The notes under the pieces are model-generated. The model saw only the letters and a program-made list of their open reading frames with translations. It made no database searches and was not told the origin of the DNA. A DNA stretch of 63,458 nucleotides from Chloroflexota bacterium (GTDB lineage: Bacteria; Chloroflexota; Dehalococcoidia; SHYB01): the NCBI GenBank assembly GCA_022572465.1, contig JACZVV010000003.1:1-63458 (forward strand), in the 5' to 3' direction. Made by a program: the position numbers and the translations under genes. This document shows, in pieces, positions 19,579-28,475 of this stretch; the first letter of the stretch is position 1, and each line of letters opens with the position of its first letter.

Positions 19579-19786
19579 GTTGAGCGCCCTCGATGGTATC
19601 GGGGCGCTTGCTCTCAAAGCGTGCTCCTGCATCGCATCGTCACTCCCCGCCGCATTGGGACCCAGTGTTGGGGCAACCTTTTACCTTATGCCATTTTCAT
19701 GATGAAGGGAGTTCCACGACGGGCGCCGCCGGTGCTATCATGGCGCCGGATGCCGAGGAGACCTCCATCTGATCCAGGAGACGCCC

Positions 19787-20455
19787 GTGCTGCGACGCTT
19801 CGAAATCTACAAGGTGCGTTCCGACGTCCCCAGCGACCTGGTGGACAAGTTCGAGACCGCGTTGCGCGACTGCGGCAGGTACATCCCCGAGGTGCTGCAC
19901 TCGGTCGTCGGTCGAAACCTCTCCCAGGCCAGCGTCACGCACGTCTGGGAGCACGGCTACGAGAGCCCCGAGAGCTATCAGCGGTACATGCAGCATCCCT
20001 ACCACGCCTGCATCCTCGATCGCTATCTCCTCCACGACAACCCCGAGCGGATCACCGAGGACAACCGGCTGCGAGGCGGCCTTCTGGGCTATGAGATCGA
20101 AAAGCCGGAGTACTACATGGCGGGCGGCGTGCGCCGACTGGTCCTGCTGGCCCTGGCGGGCGACGCTTCCGGCGAGCAGACGCGGCAGCTTCTGGAGACG
20201 CTTCGCCAAACGCCGCGAGACGCGCCGGAGATGACGCTGTCGGTCGTCGGCGAGAACACCATGGGCGCCGCCTGGCGCACCGCGTACTGGACCCATCTCT
20301 GGGAGCAAGGGTTCGAGAGCCTGGAGGCGATGGAGGCCTACCGCGGCGGCGCTTCGACGCTCGCCCGCGAAGAGCGAGCCGGTTGGAAGGAACGCTTCGG
20401 CGGCATCGTAACCGACGCTGCCGACGTCTACTACGAGCTGCACGAGCCGGTGTAG
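19787..20455 (+). CDS. Tandem Dabb (stress-responsive alpha/beta barrel) domain protein
   Basis: Two similar halves (VVGRN..THVWEHGYES..YMQHPYH and VVGEN..THLWEQGFES); GGAG RBS before GTG. Confidence 0.7.
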   Translation: MLRRFEIYKVRSDVPSDLVDKFETALRDCGRYIPEVLHSVVGRNLSQASVTHVWEHGYESPESYQRYMQHPYHACILDRYLLHDNPERITEDNRLRGGLLGYEIEKPEYYMAGGVRRLVLLALAGDASGEQTRQLLETLRQTPRDAPEMTLSVVGENTMGAAWRTAYWTHLWEQGFESLEAMEAYRGGASTLAREERAGWKERFGGIVTDAADVYYELHEPV

Positions 20456-20472
20456 GGGGCCAACGCCGACCC

Positions 20473-20793
20473 ATGGTCTATCTGGTCGACAGCATCCTGG
20501 TCGATCCCGCCGACGCCGGCAGGTATCTGGAGCTGCTGGAGACGATCTACGTGCCGGGGGCGGCCAAGCGAGGGCTCACGCTGGTGGCCTGCTGGCATAC
20601 GCCGGAGGAGCTCGGCGAGGACGTGACCGTGACCGCGATCTGGTCGTTCAGCGACTTCGCCGAGTGGAACGAGATCCGCCGCAAGGCGGTGTTGGACCCG
20701 GCTTGGCACGAGTGGGTGGAGCAGGCGACGCCGCTGCGCAAAGGCGGCACACGCCGGTTCTACTACCCTGCTTCGTTCTCGCCGCTGCGGTAG
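20473..20793 (+). CDS. NIPSNAP-like dimeric alpha/beta barrel protein
   Basis: 106 aa; YVPGA..RGLTLVACW, AIWSF..FAEW, DPAWHEW. Confidence 0.65.
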   Translation: MVYLVDSILVDPADAGRYLELLETIYVPGAAKRGLTLVACWHTPEELGEDVTVTAIWSFSDFAEWNEIRRKAVLDPAWHEWVEQATPLRKGGTRRFYYPASFSPLR

Positions 20794-20804
20794 ACGCGCC
20801 GGCG

Positions 20805-21242
20805 CTACTCGAACTTCGTGTCGTCGGTCAGCTCGAAACGGTTGCTGTCGGGGTCCAGCCCGTAGCAAGCGCTGGGCCGGCCTTCCCCCCAGCTGTACGG
20901 CGCCGACTTGAACCGGACGCCCTTGGCGACCATGTCGGCGTAGACGGCGTGAATATCCGAGCAAGTGAAACCGATGTGGAACGAGCCGATGTTGGTGGGC
21001 CGCGTGTCCAGCTTCTGGCCCTTCTTGTTCACGTAGTCCACCAGCTCCAGGACGAACGCACCCATCTTAAGCTTGACCACCTTCATATGGAGCCCTTCGA
21101 ATCCCGAGCCGGTGGCGCTGTCATCGTCGTGCTTCGACTCCGTGGAGTCCACCAGCTTCATGCCGACGATGTCGCGGTAGAAGCTCAGCATGGTGTCCAT
21201 GTCGCTGACGGTGATGCTGGTGTGGTTGTGCCCCGTGATCAT
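20805..21242 (-). CDS. VOC/glyoxalase family protein
   Basis: NHTSITVSDMD..FYRDIVG, LELV, FHIGF, DPDSNRFEL. Confidence 0.9.
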   Translation of the reverse strand: MITGHNHTSITVSDMDTMLSFYRDIVGMKLVDSTESKHDDDSATGSGFEGLHMKVVKLKMGAFVLELVDYVNKKGQKLDTRPTNIGSFHIGFTCSDIHAVYADMVAKGVRFKSAPYSWGEGRPSACYGLDPDSNRFELTDDTKFE

Positions 21243-21267
21243 GGCTGTTTTCCCTTCGTCTCCCCGC

Positions 21268-21483
21268 GGTGGCTGAGCCACATCGACATTTCAAGTCCAC
21301 GCGGACAGATTAGCATAACGCCGGTGGCTGAGGCGGCTGAGCCGCGGCAACATTAGGCCGGAAAAGCTCACGGGGCTCAGCCAGCGGCCGAACCACTTTG
21401 GCCACGGCCGACAAGAGGCCGGAAAAGTCGGTGTGGCTCAGCCACTGAAAAAGCTGATGTCGCTCAGCGACCGGCTCAGCCGC
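21268..21483. repeat. Palindromic repeat cluster B (GYGGCTNAGCCRC family)
   Basis: About 7 GCT(C/G)AG cores; units such as GGCCGGAAAAGTCGGTGTGGCTCAGCCAC, one inverted unit at 21268-21300; the last unit supplies the ygfZ stop codon. Confidence 0.85.
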
Positions 21484-22489
21484 TTGGAGTGAAGGGGAGC
21501 GCCGCTACCTCCGCCTGGGCGGCGTCATCGTCTTCGCCCAGGCTCAGCGTCGTGCCCGGCGCGGCGTAGGCCGTCCGCACGTAGGCCAGGGCGATGGGTC
21601 GCCGCAGCGCCGGCGAGTAGCCGACGGACGTGACAAACCCGCGCTCCTTGCCGTCGGCGTGGAGCTTGGCCCCGCGCTCGACCTGGGGGGCGTCCGGCAG
21701 GCGAAGCCCGACGAGCAGCTTCGACACCTTCTTGTAGGTGTCGAGTCGCGCCACCACCTCCTGGCCGATGTAGCAGCCCTTGTCGAAGCTGATGGATGAG
21801 CGAAGCTCCGCCTCCAACGGATTGAAACGCTGGTCGATTTCGTGCCCGAACGCGGGACGGCCGGCCTCGATCCGGAGCGTCTCCTGGGCTTCCAGTCCCA
21901 GCCTCGTGAGACCCAGGCCGTCGGCCCTGGACTCGAGGGCCGATGCCGCCTGATCGTGGGCGTCGCCCGCGGGCAGCAGCAGGTAGAAGCCGCCGCCCGC
22001 CGCCGACGAATCGTTGGCCAGGGTCGCTTCTATCCCGTCCAGCGAGACGGCCACGTGGCGTCCGGGAGGCAACTCCTCGGCCTCTTCGCTAATCAGGCGC
22101 TGGGCTAGCCGTCCGGCGTTGGGGCCGAAGAAGCGGAGCAGGCCGGTGCTGTCGGTCACGTCGGTCGTTTCGGCATCCTCGATGATGGTGTACTTATCGA
22201 TCCACTCCAGGACGGCCTGGCTGTTGCCGGGAGAGGTCAGGAGCAGCAGATGGTCTGGAAAGAGGTAGCAGGTGACCAGGTCCACGATCCGGCCCTTGTC
22301 GGAGGTGAGGACGGTGGTCGCGCCCTGGCCCGGCTGGAGCGCCAACAGGTCTTGGGTGGTGAGCCGGTGGAGCAGGTCGAGGGAGTCGCTCCCCTTCATC
22401 AGGAGCCGGCCGCCATCGGAGACGTCGGCGAGCCCGATGCCCCGGCTCGCTGCCCAGTACTGGCGCTCTGCCTCTGGAGAGATACTCAT
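21476..22489 (-). CDS. ygfZ: Folate-binding YgfZ/GcvT-family protein
   Basis: RIEAGRP and the YgfZ signature SFDKGCYIGQEVVAR. Confidence 0.88.
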   Translation of the reverse strand: MSISPEAERQYWAASRGIGLADVSDGGRLLMKGSDSLDLLHRLTTQDLLALQPGQGATTVLTSDKGRIVDLVTCYLFPDHLLLLTSPGNSQAVLEWIDKYTIIEDAETTDVTDSTGLLRFFGPNAGRLAQRLISEEAEELPPGRHVAVSLDGIEATLANDSSAAGGGFYLLLPAGDAHDQAASALESRADGLGLTRLGLEAQETLRIEAGRPAFGHEIDQRFNPLEAELRSSISFDKGCYIGQEVVARLDTYKKVSKLLVGLRLPDAPQVERGAKLHADGKERGFVTSVGYSPALRRPIALAYVRTAYAAPGTTLSLGEDDDAAQAEVAALPFTPSG

Positions 22490-22497
22490 AGCCGCCT

Positions 22498-22710
22498 TGG
22501 GTCGGAAATGCTGATGTGGCTCAGGCGGCTGAGCCGCTTCAGCGATTTCGGCTCAACGTTGTTGCGGCTTAGCCACCGTGGGTCGGGGATACTGGTGCGG
22601 CTCAGCCGCCGGCCAGTGTGGGTCGGGGATACTATCGCTGCTCAGCTGAGAGTGCGCCACCGCCGGCCGGAAAGCCTGATGCGGCTCAGCCGCCTCAGCC
22701 GCCTCAGCCG
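22498..22710. repeat. Palindromic repeat cluster C (5 degenerate direct units)
   Basis: TGGGTCGGAAATGCTGATGTGGCTCAG; TGGGTCGGGGATACT twice; GGCCGGAAAGCCTGATGCGGCTCAGCCGC ending in (CTCAGCCGC)n. Confidence 0.85.
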
Positions 22711-22719
22711 ACGGGTGTA

Positions 22720-23067
22720 TTACACGGAGAACGACGTGCCGCAGCCACAGGTCTTCTTGGCGTTGGGGTTCGCGAACACAAAACCCTTGCCGTTGAGCCC
22801 GTCGGAGAAGTCGAGCTCGGTCCCCGCCAGATAGATGACGCTCTTCTTGTCGATATACAGGCGGACGCCGAACTGCTCGTAGACCTTGTCGCCTTCCCGC
22901 TCCTGACTCTCCAGGTCGAGCTCGTACGTCAGGCCCGAGCACCCGCCGCCCTTGACCGCCACGCGAATGCCGTGGTCTGTCAAGTTGTCTTTCATGGCGA
23001 GCTTCTGTATCTGCTTCGCAGCCTTCTCGCTGATAGAGAGGGTAGGCGCTTTAGTCCCGGTGACCAT
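22720..23067 (-). CDS. iscA: A-type Fe-S carrier (HesB/IscA/ErpA)
   Basis: KGGGCSGLTY and NPNAKKTCGCGTSFSV. Confidence 0.93.
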   Translation of the reverse strand: MVTGTKAPTLSISEKAAKQIQKLAMKDNLTDHGIRVAVKGGGCSGLTYELDLESQEREGDKVYEQFGVRLYIDKKSVIYLAGTELDFSDGLNGKGFVFANPNAKKTCGCGTSFSV

Positions 23068-23145
23068 CCATGCCTCCTCCGGCATATCCGACTGAGCTGG
23101 GGCTACTTGATAATGTAGACGATTCCAATCAACTACTACAAGAGA

Positions 23146-23174
23146 AGTATACGAACGGGGATTCGGCCCGTCAA
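23146..23174 (-). promoter_or_regulatory. Sigma70-type promoter for iscA
   Basis: TTGACG-17 nt-TATACT on the minus strand. Confidence 0.6.
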
Positions 23175-23450
23175 GCGGGTGTACTCGCTGTCAGCGATGC
23201 CTGCTCTCGATGCCTGCTCTCGATGCCGGCGGCCGCCGCATCTCTGGAGTGACGGGTTGAGGTCTGACCTGCCCCGACGAAGGTCGGGATGGCGGGCTCG
23301 GCAGCACGCCTCGCCGGCAGGGCGCTGCCACCGGCCTTTGCGCTAGCACCTGTCCTTTGGCCGGTAACGGCGTCGGCGCCGTTCGGGCGGCTTTCCGCCG
23401 GCTGGCTTCGGTTGCCGGGGCGTCGACGGGTCTGCTATGCTGGCCTTCGC

Positions 23451-23525
23451 GGCGACGTAGCCAAGTGGTAAGGCGGAGGTCTGCAAAACCTCTATACGGC
23501 GGTTCGATTCCGCCCGTCGCCTCCA
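23451..23525 (+). tRNA. tRNA-Cys (GCA)
   Basis: Acceptor stem GGCGACG/CGTCGCC, anticodon arm GAGGT-CTGCAAA-ACCTC, T-loop GGTTCGATTCC, encoded CCA. Confidence 0.97.
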
Positions 23526-23537
23526 GAAGAAGAGCAC

Positions 23538-23562
23538 GCCCGGTGGGTAGCCGGGCTTTCTT
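23538..23562 (+). terminator. Intrinsic terminator after tRNA-Cys
   Basis: GCCCGG-loop-CCGGGC followed by TTTCTT. Confidence 0.6.
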
Positions 23563-23586
23563 GTGTCCGGCGGCACCGCGGACCGT

Positions 23587-24495
23587 TCACCCATCCAGCG
23601 CCGCTTTGAACCGGCGAATCGCGTCCAGGTGGTCGTCCGGGGTCTCGAGGCGCGCGTCCATGGTGTTCAGCGTCACGTGGGTGGCGCCGATCTCGCCCCA
23701 CCGGACGGCCTCCTCGGCGCACGCCTCGGGCGATCTGACGTCGGCGGAGAGCCGCCCTCCCGCCGGAGGGCCCCAGTTCATGCTGACGCGGGCTTCGATG
23801 CCGACCTCCGACGGGTCTCTTCCGGCGTCTCGCGTGTATTGACGGAGGCGAGCCAGGATCTCCCGCGCGTTGTCGTCGGGAGGGAACATGGGATACCAGC
23901 CATCGCCTATCCGGGCGACGCGCTTGAGCACCACGTCGGCGAATCCGCCGATCCATATCGGGATGGGGCGCTGCACCGGCAAGGGGTTGAGCCCTGCCGC
24001 CGTGATCTTGTGCCATCGCCCGTCGAACGTGACCACTTCCTGAGTCCACAGCGCCCGCAACACCTCGATCTGCTCTTCGCACCTCGCGCCTCGCGTGTGG
24101 AAGTCTTCGTTCAACGCCTCGTACTCCACCGGGTTCCACCCCGTGCCGATGCCCAGGCGGAGGCGGCCACCCGTGAGAACGTCGACCTCGGCCGCCTGCT
24201 TGGCGACCAGCACGGTCTGCCGCTGCCCCAGGATCAACACCGCGGTATTGAGCTCGATGCGCTGGGTTACCGCGGCGAGGAACCCGTAGAGGACCATGGG
24301 CTCGTGGAACAGGCTGGCGTTGTCATAAGCCCACCGGACCCGTTTTGAGGAGTGGGCGCTGACGTCGACCCCCAATACGTGGTCGTAGACGGTGATGTGG
24401 TCGTAGCCCAGGTCCTCGGCCGTCTGGGCGAACGACGTTATAACTGCCGGGTCGGTCCCGATCTCCAGCTGCGGAAAGGTCACCCCGATCTTCAT
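23587..24495 (-). CDS. LLM-class oxidoreductase, probably F420-dependent
   Basis: AEDLGYDH..YDHV, FHEPMVLYG, VAKQAAEVDVLTGGRLRLGIGTGWN, PVQRPIPIWIGG. Confidence 0.92.
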   Translation of the reverse strand: MKIGVTFPQLEIGTDPAVITSFAQTAEDLGYDHITVYDHVLGVDVSAHSSKRVRWAYDNASLFHEPMVLYGFLAAVTQRIELNTAVLILGQRQTVLVAKQAAEVDVLTGGRLRLGIGTGWNPVEYEALNEDFHTRGARCEEQIEVLRALWTQEVVTFDGRWHKITAAGLNPLPVQRPIPIWIGGFADVVLKRVARIGDGWYPMFPPDDNAREILARLRQYTRDAGRDPSEVGIEARVSMNWGPPAGGRLSADVRSPEACAEEAVRWGEIGATHVTLNTMDARLETPDDHLDAIRRFKAALDG

Positions 24496-24613
24496 GGCGT
24501 CGGTCCTCCCGCCGGCGCGCCGCGCCGGCAAAGCTCCATGGGGTCGTCTCGCTCTGCGCGGTTATCGCTTGCCCGCGTCGCCGCCGGTCCAGCCCAAGGG
24601 CGCGCGAGCCGTC

Positions 24614-25078
24614 TCATGGGCCCAACACGGGTCCGGGCGAATCCGCAACGGGGTCCAGGCGGCGCCAGTCGGTGTGCATGACGCGGGCGGCGATCCGCCA
24701 CTCGCCGTCTTGCCGCACGAACTGATCGACGTAGCGAAGACCGCCGGTCATGTCGTATTCCTTGCCATCGACGGTGTAACGCAGATGGTCCTTGGCGTAG
24801 GTCTCGACGTCCGCGCGGTCGTCGTGGAGGTCGATGATCTGGTCTCCCATGAAGTGCATGGTGAACTGAAAACGCTCGACCACCTGCACCGTCTCAATGA
24901 TGCGATCGATGCCGTGGACCTTCTGGGCGCCGGCGCCATAGTCAGCGGTCGCGTCGGCGGTGAAACAGGTCCTCACCAGGTCGAAGTCTCGCCGGTCGAG
25001 GCCGCGGGCGTATCGGACCATCACGTCACGAATTGCGGCGCGGTCGATCAGCTGCTGGAGCGCGGAGGCGTCAGCCAT
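24614..25078 (-). CDS. SnoaL/NTF2-like protein
   Basis: DRAAIRDVMVRYARGLDRRD, TMHFMG, RYVDQFVR..GEWRIAAR. Confidence 0.88.
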   Translation of the reverse strand: MADASALQQLIDRAAIRDVMVRYARGLDRRDFDLVRTCFTADATADYGAGAQKVHGIDRIIETVQVVERFQFTMHFMGDQIIDLHDDRADVETYAKDHLRYTVDGKEYDMTGGLRYVDQFVRQDGEWRIAARVMHTDWRRLDPVADSPGPVLGP

Positions 25079-25329
25079 CGTGTCTACCCTCCCGGATCAA
25101 ACGATAGCGAAAGGATACACCGGCGGAGCAAGGCTCGCGAGCACAACGACGCCTTCGATCGGACGCCGGGGCTTCGTCCCTCTGGACTCCCTTCTCAGCG
25201 GCCTGCTAGGTGCATGCAAGTAGCCGAATTGATGGGCGCTTGGTTCGCGTCCCTGGCTGCGGAGGCTATCTTATCAAACGTAATAGGCCGTGCCGGTCCG
25301 AGTTGTCTGAGCGGCCCGAGGTGATGGTT

Positions 25330-26118
25330 ATGCGCGAGACTCAAGCGGTTCGAGGGATCATGTCGGTGGCGCGCGACCTGCGGATCCTTCTCGCCGAAGA
25401 CGATAACGTATCGCGAAAGCTCATCACGCGGGTGTTGGAGAAGATGGGCCACCGGGTGGTTGCCGTGGGCGACGGCGCCGTTGCCGTCTCGGTGATCGAA
25501 TCCCAGTCCTTCGATCTCGTCTTCATGGACATCCGGATGCCGGAGATGGATGGCCTGGAAGCGGCACGCCAGATCCGTCAGCGGGAGCGCGCGATGGGCG
25601 GCCACATTCCGATCGTCGCTGTCACCGCCCATGTTCTGTCAGGGTACCGGGAGCTTTGTCTGGAGGCCGGCATGGACGACTATCTCACCAAACCGCTGGG
25701 CGAGGGCGACATCGCTGCGGCCATCGACCGGCATATCTCGCCGCGCCAGAACGGTATGACCTGTTCGGAGGCTGGGGTGGTCGACCTGACCCAGCTGCTG
25801 GCGACCGTCGACGGCGATCGAGAACTGGTGAAGGAGCTGGCAGGCGATTTCATCGAGGAATACCACTCGCTGCTGCAGAACCTCCACCGAGCCATCGAAG
25901 AGAACGACGGCGAGACGTTGTCTCGACAGGCCCATACCCTCAAGGGGGCTGCCAGCCATTTCCGGGCTGTCGACGCGCAAAGCTCGGCCGCTCAACTCGA
26001 GCAGATCGGCTCCCATTGCCGTCTGGATGAGGCGCCCGGGGTCTTGGCGACGCTGGAAGAGGCGATGCGCCGGGTCCTCGATTGCTTCTCGGAACCCGGC
26101 TGGGAGCAACGCATATGA
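25330..26118 (+). CDS. Receiver (REC) plus Hpt domain phosphorelay protein
   Basis: ILLAEDD, FDLVFMDIRMPEMDG, AGMDDYLTKP; Hpt motif AHTLKGAA. Start uncertain. Confidence 0.9.
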   Translation: MRETQAVRGIMSVARDLRILLAEDDNVSRKLITRVLEKMGHRVVAVGDGAVAVSVIESQSFDLVFMDIRMPEMDGLEAARQIRQRERAMGGHIPIVAVTAHVLSGYRELCLEAGMDDYLTKPLGEGDIAAAIDRHISPRQNGMTCSEAGVVDLTQLLATVDGDRELVKELAGDFIEEYHSLLQNLHRAIEENDGETLSRQAHTLKGAASHFRAVDAQSSAAQLEQIGSHCRLDEAPGVLATLEEAMRRVLDCFSEPGWEQRI

Positions 26119-26579
26119 AGATCCTGATCGCCGAGGATGAAGTGATGACGAGAAAGCTCCTGGACTTCACCTTGAGGAAACACTCCTACGAAACGCTCTT
26201 GGCCGTCGATGGGCTAGAGGCCCTGGACCTGCTGCACACCCACAGTGACATTGGTCTGGTGATCGCCGATATCATCATGCCCAAGCTCGATGGGATTGAG
26301 CTGTTAGCCGAGATGCGAGCCGAACCGGCAACGCGTGACATCCCCGTCATCGTCGCGACCGTGATGGCTGAAATGGACACGGTCCGGATCGTCGCCAAGC
26401 TGGGATGCACCCGGTATCTGGTCAAACCGGTGTCCCCGGACGACCTGCTGACGGCCGTTCGCGAGGCCCTGGGCGAGCCGGCGCCCGTTCTGGCCCCGAC
26501 ACGTCAGGGCGACTTGCCCGCCAGTCGAGGCTACGACCTGGACGATCTTCTGGCAGACGAGGCCGGCCTGGCCGCCTAA
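26115..26579 (+). CDS. Single-domain response regulator
   Basis: MKILIAEDE, IADIIMPKLDG, YLVKP; ATGA overlap with the upstream gene. Confidence 0.9.
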   Translation: MKILIAEDEVMTRKLLDFTLRKHSYETLLAVDGLEALDLLHTHSDIGLVIADIIMPKLDGIELLAEMRAEPATRDIPVIVATVMAEMDTVRIVAKLGCTRYLVKPVSPDDLLTAVREALGEPAPVLAPTRQGDLPASRGYDLDDLLADEAGLAA

Positions 26580-26768
26580 TATCCCAGAACCGACGCCCTG
26601 CACCGCCGTTCCCGCTTCGACACGACTGGCCCCTGGCCGGCCTCTTCCCGCCCTGGGTTGCGTCCGGCGAGCTTCGCCCCTACACTTGCTCCCGATCGTC
26701 CCCGTTTCGTCGTGGGGCGACCCGACCCCCAACGGTGGCGGGGCGCAAAGAGTCGCCGGAGGCCGCGC

Positions 26769-27065
26769 ATGGAGAAGATCGAGGTCGCGATTCCTCGGAG
26801 TCCCAGCTACCGGGCGACCGAGATGGTGGCCGATCTCCGTAACGCCGCCGAGACGCTCTTCTTCCCTATGCACGTGGTGGGCTATTGGGATGCCCCGTCG
26901 GGCGACCACCTCTGCCCGCAAGCGCAACGCCGGGCTCGCTGTCCCCACGCGCTTGCCTCCGACGACCCGGGCCACGAGGACTATCTGGCGACCGTCGAGC
27001 GGGACCTGGAAGGTGTGCTGGAGGTCTCGTTCCCCCACGCCAGCGTCCAGCTTTTTCTGTCGTAG
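26769..27065 (+). CDS. Hypothetical protein (98 aa)
   Basis: GGAGG RBS and host-like codon use; GYWD...HLCPQ...RCPH. Confidence 0.65.
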   Translation: MEKIEVAIPRSPSYRATEMVADLRNAAETLFFPMHVVGYWDAPSGDHLCPQAQRRARCPHALASDDPGHEDYLATVERDLEGVLEVSFPHASVQLFLS

Positions 27066-27104
27066 CGTCCACTGCAAGCACCGAAGCTCCCTGGGAGGCT
27101 CGGA

Positions 27105-27842
27105 ATGAACTCCCACGATCGCCACGATTGGCATTCGGCGGAGTATGTTGAGGAATGGGTGACGCGCTCCCGGCAAGAGGACGACGCCCGGCTGGCCCGC
27201 TTCCGGCTCATGGCCGACCTGGTGCCGCACCTGAAAGATGCACCGATCACGATCCTCGACGTCGGGACCGGGTACGGGCCGGTGGCCAACGTCATGCTCG
27301 AAGCCTTTCCCCAGTCGCGGGTGGTCGCCCAGGACTACTCGGAGCCGATGTTGGCCCACGCCCGCCGGACCCTGGCCAGCCATGCGAGCCGGGTGACCTT
27401 CGTCCAGGCCGATCTCATGTCCGCCGATTGGGTCGCGAAGGCCGGCGGGCCGTTCGACGCCGTGGTGTCGTCCATCGCTATCCACAACCTCCAGTCCGCG
27501 CCTCGAATACGAGAGATCTACCGCGAGGTCTGTCTCGCCGTGAACGACGGCGGATGTTTCCTGAACCTGGACCTGGTGAACGCGCCGACGCCGGCCCTTC
27601 AGCGCCGCTACTGGGAGGTCATGTCGTCCAGGCGGGAGGCCCGGTCCCCCACTGGCTCGCCTAGCCGTGGTGGGACCGCCGACCTGGCACGGATGCCGGC
27701 CGCGGACGCTCAAACAGACGACCGGCCGCCGTTTCCAGCCTCGGTGGACGACCAGCTGGCCTGGCTGCGAGAGGCCGGCTTCAGCCAGGTCGATTGCTTC
27801 TGGAAAGAGATGGGCCTGGCCCTGGTCGGCGGCTACAAGTAG
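27105..27842 (+). CDS. Class I SAM-dependent methyltransferase
   Basis: ILDVGTGYG, DYSEPML, FDAVVSSIAIHNL, LREAGF. Confidence 0.9.
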   Translation: MNSHDRHDWHSAEYVEEWVTRSRQEDDARLARFRLMADLVPHLKDAPITILDVGTGYGPVANVMLEAFPQSRVVAQDYSEPMLAHARRTLASHASRVTFVQADLMSADWVAKAGGPFDAVVSSIAIHNLQSAPRIREIYREVCLAVNDGGCFLNLDLVNAPTPALQRRYWEVMSSRREARSPTGSPSRGGTADLARMPAADAQTDDRPPFPASVDDQLAWLREAGFSQVDCFWKEMGLALVGGYK

Positions 27843-27902
27843 CTCCTGGGCCGTCTTCGTGGAGGGCCCTGTGCTATCATGGGCCAACTGAAGGCGGCTC
27901 TC

Positions 27903-28454
27903 GTGATCACCGTCGGTATCCTCACCATCAGCGACGCCGTGTCCCAAGGCAAGCGCCACGACGCCAGCGGCGACAACATTCAGCGCCTGGTCCTTCACCA
28001 GATGAAGGACGCCCGTGTCCACGCGCGCGAGGTGGTCCCCGACGAGCGGGGCCAGATCGCGGACCGCATGATCGAGTGGGCGGACCGCCAGGGGGTCGAC
28101 TTGATTCTGACCACCGGCGGAACGGGACTGGCGCCGAGAGACGTGACCCCCGAAGCCACCAGGGACGTCATCGACCGCGAGGCGCCCGGCCTTGCCGAGC
28201 TGATGCGGATCGAGAGCGCCAAGCACAACATCCACGCCGTTCTCAGCCGCGGCGTCGCCGGCGCCCGGGGACAGGTCCTCATCGTCAACCTGCCCGGCAG
28301 CCCCAGGGGCGTCGAAGAGATGCTGCAGATCGTGTTGCCCGTATTGCCCCACGCCATCGATATCCTCAAAGGTAAGCAGGCCGACCACGCGCCGCCTTCC
28401 CATGACCACGAACCCCAGGACGACAGCCATGGTCACGGACATCGTCACGAGTAG
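27903..28454 (+). CDS. mogA: Molybdopterin adenylyltransferase (MogA/MoaB)
   Basis: ILTISD, DASG, TTGGTGLAPRDVTPEAT, LSRG, NLPGSP. Confidence 0.9.
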   Translation: MITVGILTISDAVSQGKRHDASGDNIQRLVLHQMKDARVHAREVVPDERGQIADRMIEWADRQGVDLILTTGGTGLAPRDVTPEATRDVIDREAPGLAELMRIESAKHNIHAVLSRGVAGARGQVLIVNLPGSPRGVEEMLQIVLPVLPHAIDILKGKQADHAPPSHDHEPQDDSHGHGHRHE

Positions 28455-28475
28455 CCGCTCGTGGGACCCACGCCG

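Noticed and set aside
19583-19608. Hairpin AGCGCCCTCGAT-GGT-ATCGGGGCGCT as a riboswitch
   Set aside because: An isolated stem upstream of the def promoter with no recognisable aptamer consensus.
21268-22710. Repeat clusters as CRISPR or TIGR-type guide arrays
   Set aside because: Units are degenerate, of mixed orientation and irregular period, with very short gaps; no cas or Nop-domain gene in the window.
22250-22834. ORFs with LMWLSRLSR-type peptides (also 9798-10214 and 56079-56381)
   Set aside because: They are translations of the DNA palindromic repeat and overlap real genes.
23196-23227. 13-bp tandem repeat GATGCCTGCTCTC, about 2.5 copies
   Set aside because: A single local slippage duplication with no sign of function.
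23451-26600. Genomic island integrated at tRNA-Cys
   Set aside because: No integrase and no duplicated tRNA 3' end was found; the downstream genes have host-like composition.
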